Below are positions 48,436-55,618 of a stretch of 64,000 bases of DNA, piece after piece. The notes beneath the pieces are model-generated. The model saw nothing but the letters and a program-made list of their open reading frames with translations. It searched no databases and was not told the origin of the DNA. Each line of letters begins with the position of its first letter. Within the stretch, counting starts at the first letter, position 1. The DNA is taken from the IMG/VR virus record IMGVR_UViG_3300020200_002792. The stretch is one strand, 5' to 3'. The position numbers and the translations under genes were made by a program. Origin of the DNA: a virus. Its lineage: Duplodnaviria; Heunggongvirae; Uroviricota; Caudoviricetes.

Positions 48436-49221
48436 ATGATAAAATTCTCTGAATATTTGGACAACCAAGGCAAAATGGAAAAAACAAAAATCTCTGTGGA
48501 TGGAGATACAGGCCCAAGTCCAACAAAAGCACCAGAACCAGCCGCAAAAAAGGGCAAAAACTGGAAATGCGAAACCACTTTGGCTGAAAAACCAAAGGAT
48601 TACGCAACCAGTACACAACCAGACAAACAAATGGTTATGAAAGACAAGGACGCCAAGCCTGGTTTGGGCACTGAAGGAGATAAAAAACTAATTTATGAAC
48701 CAGAAACTCCTACAAAATCAACCGCTGATGGCATGGTAAATATCAAACCTACTTGGCCAAAAGCTACTGAGAAAACTACAGCTACAGCAGAAAGTTTTAT
48801 CAATGCCACCAAAGATATGTCTACAGAAGAGTTTGTAGCTTATTTGTCTGAAACTAAAGAAAAAGAAGAACACCCATTAAAGACAATCATTAATGCCGTT
48901 CGCTTAATGAAAGACAATGATAAGCTTACTGAAACCTTTGTAAGAGAAACACGCAGACAAGGCTCTTTGGATATTCTAGTAAATGAAATGTTCAAATTAG
49001 AAGAATCATACAAAGGTTTAGCTACATTACTTTCAGATATCAGCCATCAGAATAGACTAAACGATGCTATTAAAGAAAGCACTGAAGCACCTGCATCCGA
49101 AACAGAAGGCGAAGATAAGAAAGCAGTCGGTAAAAGGAAAGCCAAATCCATAAAAGGACAACCAATGGATATGGGAAACGATGTTGTAAGTTCTAAAGCT
49201 TCTATGTCGAACAAGAAGTAG
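48436..49221 (+). CDS. low-complexity K/E/T/P-rich protein with T4-CTS-like N-terminus (candidate internal/ejected protein)
   Basis: Starts MIKFSEYLDNQGKME. 261 aa, largely predicted disordered. Confidence 0.4.
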   Translation: MIKFSEYLDNQGKMEKTKISVDGDTGPSPTKAPEPAAKKGKNWKCETTLAEKPKDYATSTQPDKQMVMKDKDAKPGLGTEGDKKLIYEPETPTKSTADGMVNIKPTWPKATEKTTATAESFINATKDMSTEEFVAYLSETKEKEEHPLKTIINAVRLMKDNDKLTETFVRETRRQGSLDILVNEMFKLEESYKGLATLLSDISHQNRLNDAIKESTEAPASETEGEDKKAVGKRKAKSIKGQPMDMGNDVVSSKASMSNKK

Positions 49222-49236
49222 TTTTTCTACTTTCAA

Positions 49237-49377
49237 CTAACCAAAGCTGTTTATATTTGGTTCATCAGGTGGATAATAGTATTCATTACAGTTTTTATAT
49301 AAACAGATATACATTTTACACCTTGCATCCCAAGAAACGCCTCTTTGTTTGCATGATGGACAGTTATACATATACAT
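49237..49377 (-). CDS. small Cys-rich protein (46 aa), questionable
   Basis: Own translation MYMYNCPSCKQRGVSWDARCKMYICLYKNCNEYYYPPDEPNINSFG, preceded by gagg. Below the ORF-track cut-off. Confidence 0.2.
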   Translation of the reverse strand: MYMYNCPSCKQRGVSWDARCKMYICLYKNCNEYYYPPDEPNINSFG

Positions 49378-49381
49378 AGTT

Positions 49382-50041
49382 TTACCTCTCATACTTGTAA
49401 TTATCCACAAAATCTTTCAAGTGCTTCTCGTAGTCTGTAAGTTCTCCAAGAGCAAACCGTGGTGCTAATAAATCGCAATAATTTGCCAGTGTTTTGCAAG
49501 CGTGTTCATAACTGTTATAAATACCTGGATATTCTGATCTTTCATTAATATGCTTATTTCGGGCATTATCCAACCAATCATTTATGGGAACAAGCATTTT
49601 TTGCCAGCTTCCATTCCTGTGCATTGACCAGCCTGGAGATTCGACGTTCCAATGGAAGTAATCTTCACCTTCGTTACAAAAAAGATCGAAACCATCAGCG
49701 AGTGCTTGTAGTAATTCGGCATCCGTGAGATACTTGCGAGGGTGCTTCTTGTCCCAGGCTTCTTGACGACGATCATCCCATATCTTCTCATACTTCTTGT
49801 ACAAATTTTTCTCATCATCCCAATAACCATAGATAGTCCACTGCCCTGGCCACAAATGACGTGCTGATTCTTTAATCTCAACGTGCCATATCTCTTTCAA
49901 CCACTGCAAGTATGCTGGGTCTTTCCAACGTGATTCATCTTTGCCCCAAGGGTTGTTGTTGTTTTCCATGCTATTATTACAGTTAAATTGGGTCCAAGTT
50001 CTCAAATTCCAAACTAATACTTTTACCGCCTCTAGCTTCAC
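49382..50041 (-). CDS. W-rich hypothetical protein
   Basis: 219 aa with many W/K/D residues. Overlaps the dnaE N-half stop by 59 nt. Confidence 0.3.
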   Translation of the reverse strand: MKLEAVKVLVWNLRTWTQFNCNNSMENNNNPWGKDESRWKDPAYLQWLKEIWHVEIKESARHLWPGQWTIYGYWDDEKNLYKKYEKIWDDRRQEAWDKKHPRKYLTDAELLQALADGFDLFCNEGEDYFHWNVESPGWSMHRNGSWQKMLVPINDWLDNARNKHINERSEYPGIYNSYEHACKTLANYCDLLAPRFALGELTDYEKHLKDFVDNYKYER

Positions 50042-52547
50042 TTAAAAATCTGCTAAATAACAAACCATGTTCAACAGGGTCTACATCAGTAATACCAAGT
50101 ACATAACAAATTAATGAGCCTAAGTTAGAGTTGTGAGCAATAAATGAAGATGTTAAATAATTACTTTCATTCTCTACTTCAATGTCATAAACTTTGCCGC
50201 CAGAAGAAACTTTTGTTATTTCTCTCACTTGAACTAAATAACCATTGTCTTTAATTCTATAGCGATAAGATTTTTGATAATTATTTTCGGACAATCCTTT
50301 TATATGAGGAATATTAATGCTATATTCAACGTTTCTAGTATCACTTCTTTTGTCATATCTATTATAAAGATTAATAGAAGCAGGAATATCTATAGACAAA
50401 CAAATATGTCTTACCTCATGAGCCATTCTTACTGAACTTGTAGTAAATTTTATTTTATTTTTGTCTAATCCACCATCAGTAAGAAAAAATCCTTTTAAAA
50501 ATGCCAGTTTTAATTTCTTAGGCAAATTAAACACAACATCTGGAACGTGTTTGGTCTGCGCAGTTAGTTTATAATCACAAAACAATTCTTTCATCAATTT
50601 TTTAAGAAGAAGGTTAGTCGAATGAAACTGGACAAGTTTTTTAGTTTTTGAATAATATCTTCTCATGCAAAGCCCGAATTCATCTTCGAACATATGTCTA
50701 CAGAACTCAAAAACATCCGTGTTTTCGCTATGAGTACATAAAGAAACTCTATTAGGAGCATTTGTTATAAAAAATCCATTGCCACAAAACATGCCAATAA
50801 ACGTAGCAAAATCTTCATTCCATTGAATAAATCTGTTTATTTTATATTTCTTATAATTATTCGTATAACTTATCTTATTTTCTGTTATATCTAAATTTTC
50901 TCCATATTTAGCCAAATCAATAATTTCTGGCACTCCTTCTTTTATATCAAATCTAGGAATAAACAACCAATCTCCAACTTCAATTTGATCGACTGGAATC
51001 CAGTTCATATCTCCAGTAGGTTCCAGAGTTAATTTTACTTTTTTCTTATTCTCCTCTGAATAATGATCGAATTTATGATCTATTCTTTTCTTCTCACACA
51101 ATATTTTATGGTCAGAAGTAAAAGATTCTCCTTGATTGAATCCATAATATGTCTTTATATTAATCAACTCTTCATCACAAGGATATTCGAATAAATTCAA
51201 TATTTTCCTTTCCTTGCCGCTTGCGCTGTAAACCAAATCACCAAGTTTGGCTTCTCCTAATTTTTTCACTTTCCCATTAGGCATGAAAAGCAAATTATTA
51301 TAATGGCCACAACCTCTGCCCGGCCCATAAGCATCACTTCCGTCACCCCATCCTAGTATCTCAGGACAAACTCTTATAGCCTCATCCATAATCTGTTTTT
51401 GAATCAAAAAATAAGAAGAAAATTCCTTATGGCATATCAAATTATATTCTTCTTTTAATCTATTTAAATATTCTCTAGTTGTTGGCAAGCCTCTTTCTTT
51501 AAATCCTTGTATCATCAAATCTTGCAATTTATCGTCATCATTATCAAGTTTAGGCAACTTCATTGATGTATCAAGCTGGACATTACCTGCTTTTCTGGCT
51601 ATTTCAACAGTATTCATCTTAGCTTGTTTGAAAATGTCATAATCTATCTCTTGATAATCTTTAGCCCATTTTTCATTTAATTCTTCTTCAGTCTTCATCC
51701 ATAAATTACTGTCTTGCAGTTCAAAGAAATCTTTATAATTATCATCCGTCATTTTTTTCTGAATTTCTTTTATGGTATTTTTTGTTTGCACCATCAACAT
51801 TAATCTTTGAAATTGGCTATCGCCTGGTGAAAGATAATGGCAGTCATTAGTTAAAATTATTTTCAATCCATACTTGTCAGCAGCTTTAATAATGAATAAG
51901 TCATAAGGCTTCTGTTTTACAAAATCCAAAAGCATTATTTCCAGATAAAAATACTCCTTACCAAACATAGAAATGTACTTTTCTATCATTTGGTAGCCAG
52001 CTTCTTCTCCACCATTCTCAAATGCCTGTCCTATTTCGGAAGCATAACAACAGGAAGTGAATATAATGCCTTCTTTGTACTTTAAAAGCTGTTCATGATT
52101 GACTCTAGGTTTATAATAAAAACCTTTGTTCCAAGCTAAAGAAGAAAGCGTAACTAAATTGCTATATCCTGTTAAATTATAAGCCAAAGCTAATAAGTGA
52201 AAACCCCTTCTTCGCATCAACTTAAGTTCTTTGGGATTTAATGAATCTAGATATTTCTGCAATTCATTTTCAGAAGAGTATTCGATTTGCAAAGGATTAA
52301 CATAAAACTCAATTCCGAAGATGGGTTTTAAAGATTTATTTTTATACGAATCATCTTTCTTATTGGATGCTTTACAGTATTTAATTTGATTTGGAGGAGC
52401 CGCTAACATGCCATGATCAGTTACACATAAATAATCTCCATGTCCTTTCCAATATGCTGCATATTCTGAAATTTCCCCAAAACCATCTAGTAAAGAGTAT
52501 GAACTATGAACATGAAGCGGCTCATATCCAACTATTTCATTTTTCAT
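49983..52547 (-). CDS. dnaE: DNA polymerase III alpha (DnaE), N-terminal part (PHP domain onward); contains an intein and ends 11 aa after the position equivalent to E. coli ...NPERVS
   Basis: PLHVHSSYSLLDG and CVTDHGML (PHP motifs), KPIFGIEFYV, ILTNDCHYLSPGDSQFQRL (VATNDVRFIDSSDFDAHEIRV), SYFLIQKQIMDEA, YGPGRG[intein]SNLGSLICYVLGITDVDPVEHGLLFSRFL ([35 protein letters not shown]). Confidence 0.85.
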   Translation of the reverse strand: MKNEIVGYEPLHVHSSYSLLDGFGEISEYAAYWKGHGDYLCVTDHGMLAAPPNQIKYCKASNKKDDSYKNKSLKPIFGIEFYVNPLQIEYSSENELQKYLDSLNPKELKLMRRRGFHLLALAYNLTGYSNLVTLSSLAWNKGFYYKPRVNHEQLLKYKEGIIFTSCCYASEIGQAFENGGEEAGYQMIEKYISMFGKEYFYLEIMLLDFVKQKPYDLFIIKAADKYGLKIILTNDCHYLSPGDSQFQRLMLMVQTKNTIKEIQKKMTDDNYKDFFELQDSNLWMKTEEELNEKWAKDYQEIDYDIFKQAKMNTVEIARKAGNVQLDTSMKLPKLDNDDDKLQDLMIQGFKERGLPTTREYLNRLKEEYNLICHKEFSSYFLIQKQIMDEAIRVCPEILGWGDGSDAYGPGRGCGHYNNLLFMPNGKVKKLGEAKLGDLVYSASGKERKILNLFEYPCDEELINIKTYYGFNQGESFTSDHKILCEKKRIDHKFDHYSEENKKKVKLTLEPTGDMNWIPVDQIEVGDWLFIPRFDIKEGVPEIIDLAKYGENLDITENKISYTNNYKKYKINRFIQWNEDFATFIGMFCGNGFFITNAPNRVSLCTHSENTDVFEFCRHMFEDEFGLCMRRYYSKTKKLVQFHSTNLLLKKLMKELFCDYKLTAQTKHVPDVVFNLPKKLKLAFLKGFFLTDGGLDKNKIKFTTSSVRMAHEVRHICLSIDIPASINLYNRYDKRSDTRNVEYSINIPHIKGLSENNYQKSYRYRIKDNGYLVQVREITKVSSGGKVYDIEVENESNYLTSSFIAHNSNLGSLICYVLGITDVDPVEHGLLFSRFLSEARGGKSISLEFENLDPI
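50130..51311 (-). mobile_element. LAGLIDADG intein in DnaE at the GPGRG/S site (394 aa)
   Basis: Starts CGHYNNLLFMPNG, ends FIAHN followed by SNLGS. LAGLIDADG blocks FIGMFCGNGFFI and LAFLKGFFLTDGGLD. Junction codons checked against the DNA. Confidence 0.8.
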
Positions 52548-53527
52548 TTCTTACTTATAAACCTTATGCCCTTTTTAGTCAACCATTCCTCAAAATCTGC
52601 CAAACAATATTTTCCGCTTTTACTGTTATTTTCAAAAGCTTCTAAAGGTCGTAAATTTTCTAAACAATTAATGAGCGATAAATCATATAATCCATAATCT
52701 ACAAAAGCTTTTATAGGCCAAATGTGATCAATATGCCATTTATCATTCTTAATTTTCTCATAATTTGGGTGATTCAAAATGTGTTCTTGCAATTGTTTAT
52801 AATCATATCCCAACAACGTCGCTGTCCTTTTATTCTTGACTCTTCCAGTGGCATTCAAAGACATTCTAACTAATTTATAACACCTTTGACGGAAAATAAG
52901 CTCATTTGCTAATGCCTTTCTGTCACTTCGCCATTCATAATGATTTTTTCCTGATCTGCTTTTAATAGAACATTGTAAACACATACCACTTTTTCTAAAG
53001 TTACCCCAAGTAACAACAGATTTCTCTCCACACTTACAAATATAATCTAATTTTTTATTAGCTTTCTCATATCGGCTCAGAAGAATACAACCTTTTTCTA
53101 CAAATTTTTGGGCAACATAATCATGACTTAAAGTTTGTTTTTCAGAAGATTTTTTATTACCACATTTTTTGCATCTATTGCCTGATTTAAACCTCCAAAA
53201 AGTAATTTTAGATTCTCTCCCACATTTACAAACATATCTTAAAGGAATTCTAGCATTTACATATTCTGTTTCTAACAATACACATTTATTTTCCTTAAAA
53301 TATTGCCTAACATAATCAATACTTAATCTAAATCTTTCAGACTGCTTCCTAGCATGACATTTAGAACAAAAAATTGATTTTCTAAAATTAATAAAACTTT
53401 TAACAAAAACATTACCACAAACACAAACATATTCTAGTGGCAACTTTATATCTTGGCATTCTTTAGACAAAAGAGTACATTGTTTTGATTCAAAAAAGTT
53501 TTTAACATCTTCATAAGTATATTTCAT
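52544..53527 (-). CDS. zinc-ribbon-repeat HNH endonuclease
   Basis: Four tandem ~45-aa modules (Y.C.CG......F...G..C..C). Then HIDHIWP...N...N HNH core. Confidence 0.55.
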   Translation of the reverse strand: MKYTYEDVKNFFESKQCTLLSKECQDIKLPLEYVCVCGNVFVKSFINFRKSIFCSKCHARKQSERFRLSIDYVRQYFKENKCVLLETEYVNARIPLRYVCKCGRESKITFWRFKSGNRCKKCGNKKSSEKQTLSHDYVAQKFVEKGCILLSRYEKANKKLDYICKCGEKSVVTWGNFRKSGMCLQCSIKSRSGKNHYEWRSDRKALANELIFRQRCYKLVRMSLNATGRVKNKRTATLLGYDYKQLQEHILNHPNYEKIKNDKWHIDHIWPIKAFVDYGLYDLSLINCLENLRPLEAFENNSKSGKYCLADFEEWLTKKGIRFISKK

Positions 53528-53547
53528 ACTTTATCATAGTAATTCCC

Positions 53548-54261
53548 CTAATCAATATCCGGTAACATGAAGCTGTGCATGGTTCCATAAATCACACCCA
53601 TTCTAGGGAAGAAACAATCATGCCCGGCAGAAGTTTCAAGAATAGAATTTTTTTTCAATGCTTCGCTTACCCACCAAGGACTTGAACGATTGCCAATGAA
53701 CAGTTTGCATCCAGCTATAATCTGAGCTAGCTCCATATAATCTTGTATTGGATAAAAAGGGATATGACCAGCTATTGGGCAAAAAATATCATGTTCATAT
53801 TTAAACCCAACAAAAACTGCATTTTTACCATATTTTTCAACAATTGTACGCCAAGGAAAATGACTTGTTGTATACCTTATACTTCTATGCATTATAACTT
53901 GGGCAACATACTTTGGTTCTGGAACTTTAATCCAAGGTTCTTCTAGAGGATGTTCTGGCATGTCATAACAATTTGTATGCATTTCCGCCAAATTCTTACC
54001 TTGTCCAAAGCATCTTCTCCATTTATCTAGATTTTCTCCCACAACATGTTGCTTCCATTCTACACTTTTAATATATGATTGATATTCAAGAAGTGGTTTC
54101 AAAACTGCAACTCTATCAGGGGTCATTCTTCCTTGTGGACCGGAAGGAAATAAAACTAAATGCCCACCGCCTAATGCTTTAATTAAAGTAAGGCCAGCAA
54201 TTAAATCGCCTATGTCACCAGTATGGCTAAAATACTTTATTACTTTTTGAACATGTAACAC
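53548..54261 (-). CDS. short GT9-like (heptosyltransferase-fold) protein, third paralog
   Basis: HTGDIGDLIAGLTLIKALG... and ELAQIIAGCKLFIGNRSSPWWVSEAL resemble the GT9 N- and C-terminal signatures. Only 237 aa. Confidence 0.35.
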   Translation of the reverse strand: MLHVQKVIKYFSHTGDIGDLIAGLTLIKALGGGHLVLFPSGPQGRMTPDRVAVLKPLLEYQSYIKSVEWKQHVVGENLDKWRRCFGQGKNLAEMHTNCYDMPEHPLEEPWIKVPEPKYVAQVIMHRSIRYTTSHFPWRTIVEKYGKNAVFVGFKYEHDIFCPIAGHIPFYPIQDYMELAQIIAGCKLFIGNRSSPWWVSEALKKNSILETSAGHDCFFPRMGVIYGTMHSFMLPDID

Positions 54262-54277
54262 AAAAAGTATTTATTAA

Positions 54278-54490
54278 TTAATCAGCCTTTTTAGTAACAC
54301 TCTTTTTCCACTCTTCAAACTCATTTTGAATAGTCATTGCTGCATTTTCCAGTTCTTTCAAATCAGACTGGAATTTATCATAAACTACCTTAAATTCAGC
54401 CTTTAAACGCTTTTTTTGTTCAGCAATTTCAACTATCTTCTTGGAAAATTCAACAAAGCTATCACTTAATAGAAATTCAACTGGTTCCAT
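54278..54490 (-). CDS. hypothetical small coiled-coil protein
   Basis: Same-strand overlapping array. Confidence 0.3.
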   Translation of the reverse strand: MEPVEFLLSDSFVEFSKKIVEIAEQKKRLKAEFKVVYDKFQSDLKELENAAMTIQNEFEEWKKSVTKKAD

Positions 54491-54698
54491 TTTTACCCCT
54501 TATTAACAGAGTAAATTTATTTCCATTTTTATCGTTAAATGTAATATTAGATTCGCCCTCAAGAGTTATTGTTACCTTGTTATCCATATTTAATTGAGAA
54601 TAAAAAACAATAGGTTCATCATTACCAAATTGAAAGCAAAATTCCAGCTTTTTAGATTTATTATTTAACCAAAAGTTATCAAAAAACATAGGCAACAT
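54477..54698 (-). CDS. hypothetical small protein
   Basis: Same-strand overlapping array. Confidence 0.3.
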   Translation of the reverse strand: MLPMFFDNFWLNNKSKKLEFCFQFGNDEPIVFYSQLNMDNKVTITLEGESNITFNDKNGNKFTLLIRGKNGTS

Positions 54699-54891
54699 TG
54701 TCCTTTATTGTAATTTCTTTAGCTTTACCAGTCATCACAAAATATGGTTGACTCTTTCTTATCCTGCCATGAGTAAACACATTGCAGAAAATATTATCTA
54801 CCAAAAAACATTTGTTGTGATAATGAACACTAATTACTGGTTTGCCTGCTTTTTTACTAGCTGGCTTATTATAATGGTAAAAGAAGGTCAT
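54679..54891 (-). CDS. hypothetical small protein
   Basis: Same-strand overlapping array. Confidence 0.3.
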   Translation of the reverse strand: MTFFYHYNKPASKKAGKPVISVHYHNKCFLVDNIFCNVFTHGRIRKSQPYFVMTGKAKEITIKDNVAYVF

Positions 54892-55580
54892 GAAAAAAGA
54901 TACTCCGGTGGTTCAATCATTTCTACTATGTTAGCCTTATCCGCAAATAATTGTAAGGGCAAGTAGCACAATATCTTTTTAAGCCCCGAATCATAACTTT
55001 TCTTGCCTGAATCTCGCTTAAACCTCAATTCTGCACCTGGGCATTCTTCGGACTTGAAACACCTATTTTTGTCATGTAATTCAGAATCACTCATCAACCA
55101 TTCTTTCAAAACCTTTACATAAGCTGGTTTCATCAATTCTGGATATGGAATCATCATTAGTTTTTTCCATGAATTATCCAAAACATTATAATAAATGCCA
55201 TCAAACTTAAAATCCCTTGCTATAAAATCAGCTTCAATTTTTGAATTTCTTAGAATTAAATTATTTACTTCATCTTTTCCTGGATATGGTTGCAACAAAG
55301 CACACCCTATGTCCGTTCCACTGTTTGGCTGTCTGAATTTATTTTGGCAATATAAATAATTACCATCTACCAAAGTCTTTGCATCTCTTTTGTTATTTTT
55401 ATCTTCTTTTTCTGAACATTCTTCCCAATTTTTGATATTTTGTCCTTTATAGGGTATTCCGTGAAAATTAATGGTATCAAGAATCCAATTTTCTACTAGT
55501 TTTGATTTTTTAAGTCGGACTGGAAATGGTAATTTGTGCAAATCCTCATACGAATTCATTAATGATGTTAATTTATCCAT
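54888..55580 (-). CDS. hypothetical protein
   Basis: No recognised motif. Confidence 0.3.
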   Translation of the reverse strand: MDKLTSLMNSYEDLHKLPFPVRLKKSKLVENWILDTINFHGIPYKGQNIKNWEECSEKEDKNNKRDAKTLVDGNYLYCQNKFRQPNSGTDIGCALLQPYPGKDEVNNLILRNSKIEADFIARDFKFDGIYYNVLDNSWKKLMMIPYPELMKPAYVKVLKEWLMSDSELHDKNRCFKSEECPGAELRFKRDSGKKSYDSGLKKILCYLPLQLFADKANIVEMIEPPEYLFS

Positions 55581-55618
55581 AAATGATAAATTAACACAAT
55601 CATTAAATTAAAACAATA

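Noticed and set aside
44788-50015. Split-intein (trans-splicing) explanation for the dnaE split
   Set aside because: The N-half tail (ISLEFENLDPI) lacks an intein N-terminal Cys/Ser block. The C-half N-terminus lacks a terminal HN plus nucleophile junction. Instead the C-half start duplicates extein sequence.
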